The notes: generated by a model not told the origin, from the sequence alone. A DNA stretch of 64,000 nt from Octopus vulgaris (GCA_951406725.2 OX597815.1:148738001-148802000); one strand, 5' to 3'; positions 38,913 through 53,833 are shown, numbered from the stretch's first letter. Numbers and translations are program-made.

Positions 38913-40034
38913 ATATACGTGTGTGTGCGCGTGCACGTATGTGTGTCTCTATCTATGTCTGTAAATCTGTGTCTGTATGTACTTATGAAATGTCCTCATC
39001 TCTTGTATAGTATTAACTTGCTTATATCCCCGATGGTTAACTCACTTACATACCGTCATATTACCTGTGTGTTAAAGTAGTTAAATGACATTATATTGAA
39101 ATAAAAAAAACAAGCCTAATATAATAGATAGGAAACTTAATATGATATACTCTTGCTATAGTATGACTTATTTTCTCCACTTATGTAAGCTAGTTTCACC
39201 TTTTACTATTTTCATTTTTATTTATATCTTCTAAAGCAATAGGTTCACGTTAAAAATAATTTAATGTTAAAGACAAACAAATTATCTTCGTGTCGTTCTC
39301 TGTCTGTTGAATCATTAAGCCTGGTATCAAAGTTCAAGTTCTTGGGCTTCATACAACGACCTCTTCTTCAACCCTGGTATTCATTGTTCTGAATATTTCT
39401 TTTATCTTCAATAATAAAATAAATCAATATCTCTTTTATCTTCAATTATAAGTTATTGCATGTATATATTGTTGTTTTATTCTGTCAAAATATCGAGGTG
39501 TAGACTTTGAAATATGTTTTTTCTTGTCAGTTGTTTTTGTTTTCTACTTTTCTCTTTGTCTTTCAACCCATCTCTTTCAATTTTCTTACACATTCATTTA
39601 CCGGTTTACTGTTTTCTATCGATGTTTTGTTTATTCTAATAACTATCGGTAGTGTGTTAAAAATAATATTTTGTTTTATGCGTCATCATTTTGATTCTGG
39701 TATTATATATTTCATACACTGCTGCCTCATTAAAGGAATAACTGGCCAAGAATTCTTGCCATTTACTTAATGAAAATAAGGAAATAATACACACACATAC
39801 GTGTTTTATTCATATAGGACGCAGAAAAATATTTCTTCGGCTTTGACAACAATGAAGTGTGGGTATTTTCTCTAAAATGGGTAACCTTGCCTGGAAGAGA
39901 ACTGACGTATTACACATCCACACAAACATATATATGTATGTATATATACATACACACCAGAGTAAGCACATACATGAGAAAGAAAGTGGAAAAAATACTC
40001 GAATGCCGGAGGTAGGGTAACATGCTTTATTAGT

Positions 40035-40158
40035 AAAGTTGCAAAGACGTCACAAAAACTGTTACTCAAAGTTTCACGTTCTCCTTCAACCAAAACTGTC
40101 CGATGACCGGTAAAATAAAAACTCTCAGTAACAGATTCTGTGGTGTCTTTGCAGCTTT
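40035..40158. repeat. Imperfect fold-back with about 40-bp arms (pLTR-like)
   Basis: AAAGTTGCAAAGACGTCACAAAAACTGTTACT versus AGTAACAGATTCTGTGGTGTCTTTGCAGCTTT. Confidence 0.75.
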
Positions 40159-40554
40159 TTAAACAAAGTTTATATATATATTAATATATATATATATATA
40201 TATATATATTAATGAAAATGAGATAACAAAGCCGAAGCTGTGTGAAATATTCCCGACCTTTGGAATGAGAAAGTTAGCTTACAGCTGTTTCTTGGACATC
40301 AGAAATGTTTTGGAAATTCTCGAAAATTTTAGACAGCCATAGCTTTTTTGTCTGATTTTATTTAACATACACATGCTTATGCAGGACCTGCGTTAGACTC
40401 CTCACTCGTATCATTATCGAACGGACAGTTTCCCTGCAGTCCTTCCATAGCACTTACATAGCGTTACCAACTACCGTGGGTCTTCGGGATACCAAAGCCT
40501 TTCACACCTTTACACACACACACACATATACACACAAACACAAACATACACACA

Positions 40555-40636
<82 letters not shown>

Positions 40637-41339
40637 TTTAATTGGAGTGATTATATTTAATAATAAAGATAATACATATAATTCATGTAGTTCCCTTCTA
40701 GGTATTCACCTAAAATAAATAGCGTTATATATTAAAGAATTTAGAAAGAAGTTAAATCGAGAAATAACTATTACGCCAGTGCCGAAATTTTATTTGAAGC
40801 AAAGAAATTGATCCTCTTGTCCAAAATACCACTACATTACTTAAAGGTTTTATATTGTAAAAATATGAAAACATATTTTCAATGAATAAATGTTTTTCTT
40901 TATAATTTTCTTGCGTTTGTCTGAGCAGCAACCACGCCAACCAGCTCTGTTACCGTCAAACTATTCTATTCTTTTTAAATGAAGACCTAGTTAACGAGAG
41001 ATTGTCTCCTGAACGGATATAATTTGAAATTATTTTCACAATAATTACATCAGTTGTAACATACTCCATTAATCTCCAAAAATGATACCCTAATGAATCA
41101 ATATTATCAAATTTCACTCTCCTTAATTTATAGATACATGCTATCACTAACTAATTTGTTGTTTGTGAATAACTTGATCAACAATAGCAAAGACTCCATA
41201 TATACATATGTATGTGTGCGTTTCGTGCACATTAATATAGAGGCTTCGACTGAAATGTTACTTGGTAACAAACCCAATAGACTAAATATAGTCAATAATA
41301 AATGGTTTTCTGTCATAAAAGAAACACAAACCGTTTGTC

Positions 41340-41374
<35 letters not shown>

Positions 41375-43861
41375 CGTGTGTGTGTGTATGTGTATGTATG
41401 TATAAGCTCACCAACACTATACCTGACTTGTACGACACGAAGATAATTTGTTTGTCTTGAACATTTAGTGAATTACTGAGAGCATTAAACAAGTTTGATT
41501 AATCGCTAACTTAATTTTGAATGTATATCGTGTGAAAAATACCTATTTCGCCAGTGGATGATTTTTCATATTGTTTGCTAACAAAGTACTAAAATTCATA
41601 TATATAGCAGATTCGATGGAGGGCATATGGAGGTTAATAGTCAATCGACTGACTGACAGTGTTAAGTTTCTAACGCATGGATATACAGGATGTAAAGAAA
41701 AGTTTGAGTATGTTTGTTTTGTTGGGGTTTAATGCGTGGATTTGAGTGTTCGACTTTAGAATTGTTAGAATCGTGACATTTGAATACTGCAAGTGATGCC
41801 TATTCAAATTTTAAAAAATATATTAAAGAATGAAAAGAATGAAGAGACATTAACTTGTGTAACGATGGCGAGAAAATTACCAACACATATATATGCGTGT
41901 GTGAATGTGTGTGTGTGTGTGTGTGCTTGAAAATGTTATTGGTGATATAACTACTTCAAAATGAATTAAAACTAGGTTGCATATCAGAATGTAATCAAAA
42001 TGTTATTCTGGCAAAAATTAAACTAAGTTCTAGAAGAATAAAGTTTTTAAAAAGATCAAGTCCAACATATACTTGACATTTTATATTACACAATTCAATG
42101 TACAAATCATTTATAATATGTATTTTAAGTATTAGATTCCTACGGATTAAAAACTGCGTTCGGTCAAATTTGATTTTTTAAACCGGAGGAAAATGGACAA
42201 CACTAAACTAAAACATGTAGCGTATAAAATCCTAAATGTAAAAGAAAATAATGTGGTGTAACCTGCAAACATTTTAGTACTGTATGCGATTTCAAGCATA
42301 TGTTTAAAAATACATATACGGAAGTTGAAACAAAGCAAAAACGAAGTAGTATTTTCAAGGCATGTCTCCACACATAAACGTATGATCATGCAGGACATGT
42401 CACGTTATGCTAATGTTTCAGGCATTGTAAATAGGAAATTCATGAAAATGCTAAAAACCTCGCGAATATAATTCAAACGGTAAATCAGTTAGATTTATAT
42501 CGCATGATCAAATCAGGAACAACAAAGAATTTTCTGGGTACATTTCGATAGAAAATGATTTAATGGAACGCGGGCTCAACACCATATTTTCTTCGTTTGT
42601 ATGATGCTTATTAAATTACTGGGAATCTTGTTGAGTAAGCATAAATTCTTCATGTGATTTCATATCTATAGCAACTTAAGTATTTCAGACAATTGCAGTC
42701 GATCCCAAGTCACTGATCTTTCGCATATAACAGGCAATTTATTGCTTCTGTATTATCCTTTAACGCTGTTACATATAATGAAGTAATTTCTGATTATCCA
42801 CCATGACACTGCCTCGCTCAACATCAGCATCCAGCAACTGGAACTCAAGTCTCTGCAAGGGAGTATATTTTGCATTATCTGGATAAGTGCCACACTCTAA
42901 GAAAAATATATACTACTTATCTGAGATTAACACTGCAAAAATATCGTTTTACAAACGATTATGGAATAATAAATTTCAGTTTTAAGTTTTAAATGATAAC
43001 TGGTATGCTGTTTAACATGTTTATCCATCTTCTAGTACAACTTGCGGGGAAATGTTAAATTCCATTACAACCTAAGTCTATTTTCTACTAATGTTACATC
43101 TGCAAAATCAGCACACACGTTATGGCTGCTACAATGCGTGTCATTAAATAGATATGGACAATAAATATTATGACGGTGATAAATATTTATCGTTTTGACC
43201 CGCGATTCCTTGAAGGAAAGACTTCACATGTTATGATTAGAAGTGCTTTATTACAAAAAAGAAACCGAAGTAGTTTACTATCACTGTTAAAATCATCCTT
43301 TCATTTTCAGGTGTGGGAACTCAAAACCTCCTATTTACCATTTCATTTTGAGAAAACACATGATGTTGAACTTGATCAAAGAAGAGGATTCGGGAAATAA
43401 CAGCGCTGAACTCACCAATTATTATTTGTTTGTTTCAAGCCACTGTATTTCGCCTATTTTGATTGGGTTTCGAAACAGAGAAATTTAATGTTGGTATGTT
43501 CATTGGCTTTACTGAATTTTTTTTTTTTACAAAATGATGTAAGATACTCGTATGTATACATGTATGAATATATGTAGTGAGAAGTTACAAACAAAAAAAG
43601 AAGACGAAGACGGATGCATTAGATTAACGCTCGGGAAGTAAGAAAGTACTTAATATCTGAAATTAGCAGAGAAAAAAATAGACGAAGACAAATTTATAAA
43701 TAGAAAGCAGGTGTATTCGTTTGACACTCGGGAAGGTGATAACATTTTTTACGTTTCGAGCCTACGCTCTTCAATGGAAAGGAACATGAGAAAATAAATA
43801 GAGAGAGAATAAAAATAAAATGTGGATTTAGCGGTCGCAGACATTTGTATACGTAACCTAC

Positions 43862-44122
43862 AGGTGCAGCTGTGTGTTAAGAAGTTTGTTTCCCAACCAC
43901 ATCTTTCCGGGTTCAATATCACTACGACGCAACATGGTTAAGTGATTTTCATTTACAGGTCGATTTGGAAACTGCAAAGAAAGCCGATGTATATACGTGT
44001 GTGTGTGTGTGTCTTGTGTATCTTTCTGTTTGTGTAGGTCTCGTCGCCCGATTATCGGTATTGATGTGTCTACGTATTTTAACGTTGCGGATCGGAAAAA
44101 GACCTACAGAATAAGTACCTCT
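43862..44122 (+). mobile_element. Degenerate SINE family B
   Basis: Head and AGAATAAGTAC block align with 21962-22330. Confidence 0.65.
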
Positions 44123-44233
<111 letters not shown>

Positions 44234-44472
44234 CGCGCGTGTGTGTGTGTGTATACATATATATGTATATATATATATATATATATATAATTGGTGTACA
44301 TTTATACACAAAAGGGGTGACCATAACCGGACACTTTACATGCTAAAGGGAATAGTCAAAATCCAAACCACGGTTAAGAGTAATTTCGAAGGGGATAAAA
44401 AATAAAAACATTTTCATTAGTTACCACTAGATTTCGAACATTGTGTATAAATGTACACGGATTTTAATATGA

Positions 44473-44850
44473 ATATGTTGTCTATTGTCTATTTTATGCA
44501 TGCTAGCCACTGGTAGAACATTTCTCTAAGTATTCTACCCTATATAAATTTTCTTAATAGGATTTTCGTAATTTTGAAGAAAGTCGTCGCATATAATTTT
44601 ATTCGCTGCCTACTATAACAACACTTACGCTTTGGATTTGAAAATTTATAATGTATAAAGATGGGACCTGTACTGTCAATTTGTCTCATAATTATATGTT
44701 CATTTTTAGCGCCCTTGCTGATGAACACGGATAAAAAATTATTTTATTGGTTCATTAATTATAAGGATAATATATTGTCTATTGACAATTCTATGCATGC
44801 TACCGCTGGTAGAAATTTTCTCTAAGTTTCCTACCCTTTATACATTTTCT
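44473..44850 (+). mobile_element. Direct repeat-hammerhead relic-direct repeat element
   Basis: About 80-bp diverged direct repeats at 44473-44553 and 44769-44850; CCUUG-CUGAUGA..UAAGG at 44713-44766 directly before the second repeat. Confidence 0.55.
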
Positions 44851-44874
44851 ATATATGCATATATATATATATGC

Positions 44875-44907
<33 letters not shown>

Positions 44908-45007
44908 CATTTATATATATATGTAAATATATATACACACAATCACATCAACAAACACACATATATATATATATACATACATATACACATATATAGAATG
45001 TAAAATT

Positions 45008-45331
45008 AGCCCTGGCATTAACTGTAGAACTAGCTTTGTAGTTTACAGCATAAGATACATAGAATGTGCTTGTAAAACATGAACATGACATACATTAGAG
45101 ATACATATAGGAGCATTGTGTTACGACGAAATGAACATTTGAGACAATATGACGACAAAAAACAGTCCTCCATACTCTATCAACACGCGAAGGACCAATA
45201 AGGAATGCATCCTGGGTCAACTTGATATCCTCATCTTATCCAAGCACCCAAAGGACACAGCACTTAGACGAATACAGGAGTAAGGCCTCATGAACGAAAC
45301 TTGCCCAATACTAAAAAGGAAACATACGTAG
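45008..45331 (+). pseudogene. GIY-YIG endonuclease relic of a Penelope-like element
   Basis: With two frameshifts: NCRTSFVVYSIRYIEC / YIRDTYRSIVLRRNEH..SSILYQH / ILILSK..LRRIQE..PILKRK, matching the VVY-YIGET-RxxEH-E-PxLN pattern. Confidence 0.75.
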
Positions 45332-46047
45332 TAGATATCATACCCCACCATACCTACAGTTTACACAGGTGGAGTAGAATAGTCAGTGAGCTGTTATGTA
45401 GATAAATGTATGTATGTATGTGTGTGTTTGTGGATGTATGTATATGTTTATGCACATGTATGTAAGCATATGGATATGAAAGCAAACAGATCAATATAGA
45501 GACGGATAGGTACATAGGTTATATGAACATACAAGCAGGCACACACACACATAGACAAATGGAGACTGAAACAACATAGCCATATATACACAAACACACA
45601 CAAATACATACCTATATAAAGTCACACAAACACGGAGATGCAAACGCATGAATATGCAGAATACATACAAATTTACACCCTTACATGCATACATACATAG
45701 ATATGCACACATATACACGAATACATACACTAGCATACACACATACATACGTACTTACATACATACATACAAACATACATGCATGCGTATGCATACACAC
45801 ACACAATGAAACACATACATGCGCATAACCAAACAAAAAGAATGCAGCTTGAATTGAGTCAAAAGTATTTAAAAGGCTGAAAGACGCAACGAAAATTTTA
45901 GAAAAGTAAAGGAAATGAGTGGAAATTTTACCGGTGTGTGTGTTAAATAATAAGGCACTAAAAGCGAATGACTCTCCCCAGGCACAACAGAATATGCTTC
46001 AACACACGAACTCAAATAAAGAATCTTGCAAACCAAATCCAAACAAG

Positions 46048-46100
<53 letters not shown>

Positions 46101-46222
46101 TATGTATGCATGTATTTCTCTCCCTCTCTATCTATCTATTTATCTATCTATCTATCTACCTACCTATCTATCTATCTATCTATCTCTCTGTCTGTCTGTC
46201 CATCTATCTATATATCTGTCTT

Positions 46223-46287
<65 letters not shown>

Positions 46288-49200
46288 ATATCTATCTATC
46301 CATCTATCTGCTTAATCGCAGTACGGTGTCTTCTGTGTTGTTCTGTATAAGTTTATTGCATCGGACATTATCAGTTTTAACGTATCACACATAACATATT
46401 ATTTCGTCTGCAAATTTAATTCCCTTTTTATTTATTGCTCAAATTTTGCTAATATACATCTTGTTTCTCATTGCTTTGCATATATTTACTTTTTATTTCA
46501 ACTTCACACAGACACTTCGTTTCAAGTCAGTCTTTATTATACGACGATTTTATGAATTTCAAACATTCTTTGAGTTTTTGTTTGCAGATATTTATTTTAA
46601 ACTTCAAAACCAATATTTAAAAAAAAAAAAAATTATATATTTGTTGACTGTTTTTCTCAAAGTTATGCTAATTGATGTTTTAAATTGTCACTGTTACAAG
46701 TGTTCTAACAACTAACAATATTTGCTGTGATATCAGTAACTGTTTCCCCAACGAGATATGAGTAAAGCGAAGAGTGACATCGTTATAAGTAATGTGTAGA
46801 CTAGTGTGTCTCTATTTTGTTAGCTTATTTATTAGGTATAGCCTCTAAATTACACTCATATAAAATGTGCCGCATTGATATTTGATATTGAACCAAATTA
46901 CGAGTCTGATGTTGGAATTCTATTCCTGATAGCAGAGCGATAACTTGAAAATATGAAAATCACTAACCTACTCGTAATTTCTGTAGTCTTCACGTTGTAA
47001 ATGAAAGGAACTCCCTTGCATGATATGCCAATATGCTTTCCTGAACGACCAGTGTTTGAGCAAGCACAAATCAGTTTCCATACGCAAGTCCCTACGTTTG
47101 CTACAACTTCATGACTTCTTGGACAGTTGTCTTAAAATTTGAGCTCCAGTAAAACCCAGCAAGAGGATTACAACTGGTCAAACAGAAACTGTTGAGAATG
47201 CCATCAGATTGTTGTACAAATCTTTCAACGGTACAACCCAAAAACATCACATTGTTTCTGTGAAAAAATGACGTGTACGGTGCACCCTTCTTGTAATGTT
47301 CAGCCATTTAGTTACAATTTGAATGTCAAGATAATTCGCTTCATGTTGAACCAAAATTTTACCGTTGAAACCAAAGGATATATGGTTTTCTACTAATTGA
47401 GAGGTTTAACGAAATATATATCAACACATCTCTATGTTGTCTCGCTGTTCAGAAAATTTTGCATGCATATCTTGTGAAAGACTTGCCTATCTATCATGAA
47501 TCGAATTCCATCCGTGTTGCTCCATTGAAATATGCTGCGCTCATTTTGTATTCTCCTACTCACAATTAATAAATTAGTATTCATTGCTAGAATCGATTAT
47601 GACGCTACAAACATGGAGCTTATCAATTTTTCTCAAATTTTACGTCTGTCTATGAGTGATATCCTTGGACGGAACTACACAGCATTCACAGAGAGTTAAT
47701 ATTTGCAGGTAACCTATAGAATTTACTTTAAATCAACACAATCTATGCACATGCAGTTAAATCTACTCAGTAAGAATTTTATAAATTAATCTCATACAAC
47801 AATACAATTGTACAGTCCATTCTTTTATGATGGAAATAAATAATGTACGTCTACAACCCAGGTTTTCGCTTACCCATGCCGTGTAAAACAGACAAGGAAG
47901 CTATATTTACCGGTCTCATCATCTGAACGTCCGTCAGTTTCTCTTATTGATTACATATATCTCACGTACGAAAAAATGGCTGGCATTGGGGCCATTGAGA
48001 CACAGCCTGATTCTACATATATATCGCATGGCGCTAAATATATATATATATAAGATATCCGTTCCAGAAGACGTTCCAAACCATTGTACGAAATACCCCA
48101 AAAGTAACATACCATTAACTCTGCACGATATAAAGGCTGTATTATGAGAATTGTCTAGCATCACTTTAGATTACATCTAATGTTTCATTCTAAAACGAGC
48201 TCCGCCTCCTGTTTACCTATTTCTCTTCAATATTCCACCCAATATATGGCTCTTCTATCGCCCCTTGCTTTAGCAGATATACCTGTTATTTCCTACCTAG
48301 TATATCAGGTCCCTGTCGTCTTTTACGCTCATTACTTGTCTCTCGATTTACAACCTGAACATTTGCAACACCAAAGATGCCGTTTAATTAAGAAGAAGCA
48401 GGTTTATTTTGCGCTGACCATAGAAATAGAATAAGACAAGAATCCGATTGCCGAGAAATATCATTGTCATCTTAATTAAGTACTAGTTGCATAGTGCGGT
48501 CGATCTAATCAACTGCCCCCTCACCCAAAATTTCGGGCCTTGTGCCTAGAATAGAAAATAATTTCAAGATTATATTATGACCTTATAAGATATAAGATAG
48601 AATATTTATGAGCCTTTCTAAACTCGAGCAACAGCTCAAAGCAAAACTGGAATACATTTCAAATTAATGTTGTATCAATAATATCTTATGCATAAAATGC
48701 AAAATGAATTTTAGTTTAAGCTGAAATGGTAAAAATGAGAGAAAAAGGAAATTCATTTCAGTCTAGTACTCTGAACACATGATCTTTTAAAGAACAGTAC
48801 TAAGCGTATATAATTAATTTTATAGTTTTAATAATTAAGTAGAATAACTAATAATAGTTTTGGGCAAATATTGTTTTCATACAAAATATATCGACTATTA
48901 AATAGTTTTGTAATATCCATTTTGTTTAGAAAACTCGTTAACTTTTCGCAGAGTTAATATGAATGACGTCAGAGTATCATTCAATGTCTAAAGATTTACA
49001 TGTTTCTACGTCTCAAATATATAATTTATTTTAATTTCTTCATTTAATATGAATATTACTTTCTCTTGTCGGTGAATATCTTACGCAAATGAAGCTGAAT
49101 ATGAATGAAATAAATTAGTAATTGTCTTACGTATTTTTCTGGAAGATGGAATAATTCTTACTTTTTCTTCATGTGTCGTCTAAACTACATGTAAATATGT

Positions 49201-49636
49201 TATTTTAGATGTTAATGCTATATGCATTAAATACAATATACAATTCCTGTATGTTATGTTTAACAATTATTCTCATCGTAATAAATTTTACAATAGAATA
49301 TTGTATGATAATGGAACTATCTCCATTGATCTGGCGCGGGTGGTGTCATATGGAAAGTTTGGTATTGTAAAATGCATTAACTCTTCAGCAGCAAAATTTA
49401 CGAAAGTATTTCACACTTATTTGCGCGCACGCGTTTATGAATACAAACAAAAATTATGCATACTCTTATATATTGTAAGCAAGGCATCGAACAAACGAAG
49501 TCAGTGTTTTATATCATTATTAATGATCACGATCGATTTAGTAACCAGTGGAAACATTTCTTCCATACACAATTCCTTTTACATTATTTACGTTATTTAC
49601 GTTTAACTGATATTTGTCCTCATCTTATTTGTTGAT

Positions 49637-49680
49637 AACACAACGTTTCAGCTGATATACACTCCAGCCTCATCAGGTTT
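49637..49680 (-). ncRNA. Minimal type I hammerhead (Penelope-type)
   Basis: AAAC-CUGAUGA-GGCUG(10 nt)CAGCU-GAAACGUU-GUGUU; stem III reduced to palindromic ACGU; stem I weak. Confidence 0.6.
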
Positions 49681-50401
49681 GTCGGGGAAATTTCGAACCT
49701 CGGTTCCCATTCCAAAGGAATGGAATCGAACTCGGAATCTTGGGCAATTATGGAGTGAATTTTAGGGCTTATAAATCTAATATTTTCCTATTCATCCACA
49801 GTACCAGTTCCCTTATACTATTCATATCTGCACTCAGTCTGCTTAAGAGGTAGCTGTGTCCTAGCATATGTGCCGCTTCATTTTGTTTCCGTACTTTCTA
49901 GTGGTGTTCTCTGTCTATTATTTTAATTTCATCCCATAGGTGATGTAAATAGTGTAAATAATGTACATAATTCCTCATCTCTTACATATAGAACTGTATT
50001 AAAAATTATTTTGTACATATACAAAAAATAAATTATTTTGCTTTAAACAATTCTTAATTCATGAATAAGCTGACAGCTCGCCTCTTCATAGGCATTTTTA
50101 CGGAATCATTAGATTTCCTTACGACCTGTAATCCTATAATAGTTCAATTCTTCTTTGGCTTAATTACACACTTCTTTAACAACAACGTATTCCTTTCCAA
50201 TAATTACAGATTATACATAATTATGATGGAGGAAACTTAATTTGGAAGTACAACCGTGCGCATATATGCTGACTTTCATTTCAAGTATTGCGAAAAATAA
50301 TTTTATTTATATGAATCGAATGTCAGGGAAAAGACCAATTATGTTTCTGTTAATTAGACTTGACAGAATAAAGGTTGATATTTTTTTCGACATTTCAAAG
50401 T

Positions 50402-50473
50402 CAGTGATCGAATCCCGTGATCAAAGCCAAGGATCGAAGCGTGATCAAAGCCAGTGACTGAGACCCGTGATCA
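50402..50473. repeat. Three diverged units of 24-26 bp
   Basis: CAGTGATCGAATCCCGTGATCAAAGC / CAAGGATCGAAGCGTGATCAAAGC / CAGTGACTGAGACCCGTGATCA. Confidence 0.8.
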
Positions 50474-50850
50474 CTTGGAGAAAGAGTGGTTAAAATCTCA
50501 GAATTTAAAATTTCCCAAATCGCTGAAATTAAACCCAGCAAACGGAGAAATTCGAGGGCATGTAATAATAACCAAGAAACTTTATCATAAAAACAAAAAA
50601 AGTACACCTGCAGACACGTTAATGAAATTCATATATATACGTGTGTGTGTTTTCACTTCCTCTAACTTCATATGTCCATTTATATGTACTTCGAAAACCA
50701 ATTCCGAAGATGAATTATACGCACAAGCGCCCGCGTGCACGCATACATACACACACATGCACGCACACACAAACACACACACCTACTCACATTTTTGCGC
50801 ACACACATACATGCGTAAATATATAGACAGACTGACAGTCAAATATATAT

Positions 50851-50895
<45 letters not shown>

Positions 50896-50911
50896 CAGAT
50901 AGACAGACAGA

Positions 50912-51175
50912 CGGCAGCTCCAATATTCTTAATGTTTTTCAAAGCCCTTGGAAACTACTCATAATGGTTCAATTACGTCCGGTATAACCATTACAGTACT
51001 AATGGCCCATAACGTGCCTATCTCATCTCGCAGTGGCGGGTTTTTCTCAATCTTTTCTTTTTCCTTACACTTGACATTCGAACCTCCTGGTAGTGCAACA
51101 TCTATTATCTTTACTTATAAGGATCACACGATCTGGTCGTCTCATCTCTATTACTTGGTCGCTTACAACACACAC
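50912..51175 (-). mobile_element. R4/Dong-type REL endonuclease fragment between (TAGA)n tracts
   Basis: Minus-strand translation SDQVIEMRRPDRVI..KIIDVALP..KEKEKIEK..LRDEIGTLW..VIP. Confidence 0.75.
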
Positions 51176-51253
51176 TAACATTATAGATAGGTAGATAGAT
51201 AGATAGATATATAGATAGATAGATAGATATATAGATAGATAGATAGATAGATT

Positions 51254-51352
<99 letters not shown>

Positions 51353-51944
51353 TGATTGATTGATTGATAGGAAGATAAAGAATAGCGTATTCCTGTATGT
51401 GCACGTAAGTGTAGATTGACTGTATAATTTTGATATAGCTCCTCATGAATGAATCGTTTGAAGTTGAATAAAAAATATGACATGCTATGTATTAGATATT
51501 GACTTCTCAAAGCGACATGAAAAATCTACGACCCACTGATTAACTCATTGTACATAAATAACCAATTGTGCTATTGTTGGCCTATTGCAATTTTAAAGGA
51601 GAATATATGAATTTGTACTCGATGATATTGATTGTCCATAAAATAATGAAAGACAACCTATTGTGTTACTCATGAATGGAAATATACGTTATTCCATTTC
51701 TATTGCCCACCGTGTTAGTTGCTGTTCTTTGTCTCATAAGTACACGTAGTACAGGGTAGGTGAAAATAAGTAGGCATTAAAAATTGGTAATAACGTCTAT
51801 ATTCCTTTTGCAAATTTATTGAAAGAAATGTTACATGTCATTTATTACATGGGAAAATGAAAGTAAATTGTCATATTTCAATGTAAGCACCGGCCAGCGG
51901 TGAACAACGTGCAATGAACAACGTGCAAAAGGACGTCTTGTAGG

Positions 51945-52040
51945 GCAAGCAATCAAAGAAAAGCTGCCAGAATTGGCAAACAGTGAAGAAATCGTGTGCC
52001 ACCATGACAACGCAAGACCACACACATCTTTGATAACTTG
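51945..52040 (+). pseudogene. mariner transposase fragment
   Basis: AIKEKLPELANSEEIVCHHDNARPHTSLIT. Confidence 0.75.
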
Positions 52041-53583
52041 TGAATAATTATTGTAGCTTGTTCGACGAATGACGTCGCATGCCCCATATAGCGCTGCACG
52101 TGAACAATTATGCACTGCAGACATCGAGATGTGGAACTATACTTTGCATGATTACTCTTAAGACATCCTGATACATTCATAGGCAAAATATTCTAGCCAT
52201 TCTTATTTATGTCATAGGAGAACATGTCACATATGTGATGGCAGTTAGCTTTTAAACACTGATTAGCCTACGGTTTTTGGTGTTCAAAATATAAACACAG
52301 GCAGAAGCATATTTCAGTTTAAGAGATTCGTGTACTTGAGGGTGATCAGACACGTGTCAAAACAAGGTGTGCCAGAGTCGCTTGCATCTATGAGCTAAGT
52401 ATGATTTGAGCATACATTATTCCTATTACGGAAAAATGTTCTGTGACGTACATAGCAATATCATTAGGTTTTTTTAAATCGATGTATATAATTGATAAAT
52501 AGATACAAATAAATGTTTACAGGCTGATGTTTGTCCATTGATTATAGTTTCTATATTCGTATTTGCCCTTTGTGTATGTGTGTGTGTGTGTGTGTGTGTA
52601 AGCATAAACAGCATCTTTACTGGACACTAGCTTCCTTGTGTAAGAATAAATTACCCGGTACTCTAACCTGTTCACACAGTTATTTTCCTGCATAACATAG
52701 GCATATAAATATATATACATATGTTTGTGTGTATGTGTGTATGCGTGTGTATGTGTGTGTATGCGTGTATGTGTGTGTAAACTTGTAGATATATTCAAAC
52801 ACGTGTGCACGTGTGCCTCCGTGTGTGTGAAACCAAGCCAGTTCTAATATTTAATTTCTGGTACTATAGCAAACTCTCGCGTACTAAGAATATTTCGTTG
52901 ACCACAAGTCAAGCGTACGTTAATAGCACATATAAATAATAACTAGTAATTTCATCTTTGTTTATTCCATATCGAATATTTGTATAAATTGATGAAAGGA
53001 AATTTAATGGAACATTTATTGCAAAGTCTAAATTTTCAGAAATAAAAGTTTCTCAAGTGCAATGTGTATTTAAGTATAAGGGAACTTAATAATATTTAAT
53101 ATGAAATATTCAACTAATTTTAAAATAAAAATAGCTATTGTTGATTCAAGAACTCCGATAAAGAAAACAATTATTTGTTTGTGTTCTTATAGACACAAAG
53201 TTTCTGAAATATATTCTCCGGAAAAAGGAAAAGGAAATGTCGGTAAACAATATTTTTTGAACGAATCTGAATTAGAAGACCTGAATGTAAAGGCATCGAG
53301 ATGAATATATAAAGATAGATTTTGAAAATTACATGCACAAATGCAAGCACATAAGTAATTAAAGTCTTATACATGCATGGATATACATAGGTACACGAAG
53401 CCGTCACAAGCATACACATATACAAATACAAACCAACAAGCATATAGACGTACGTGCCGTCATGCACACACATTTATACATACATATATGTATATATGTA
53501 TGTGTGTAAGTATATAGATATACATAGTGATTATCTCTCGTTTACATATGCATACACCCACGCACATACATATACACACATCA

Positions 53584-53679
<96 letters not shown>

Positions 53680-53681
<2 letters not shown>

Positions 53682-53833
53682 CGAGACCCCCTCCAGTCAT
53701 GACTGACAGTTGAATTGCACCTAGAAAGTTACCCTCCCGGGCATGGTTGTTTATGGAAGTCGCCCAAGCATGCCGGTCTCCCCTAACCACGCCACCAATG
53801 TTATCCACGCTCTAACCACTGAGCCATGCACCT
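53680..53833 (-). mobile_element. Internally deleted tRNA-derived SINE (family E)
   Basis: Minus-strand A box TGGCTCAGTGGTTAGAGCG joined to a GC-rich body ending at (TA)n. Confidence 0.55.

Noticed and set aside
40270-40305. Minus-strand CUGAUGU-CCAA-GAAACAGCUGUA as a hammerhead
   Set aside because: Palindromic stem III is present but stems I and II are not; at most a remnant
50402-50473. CRISPR-like array
   Set aside because: No unique spacers, only three units, eukaryotic context and no cas genes
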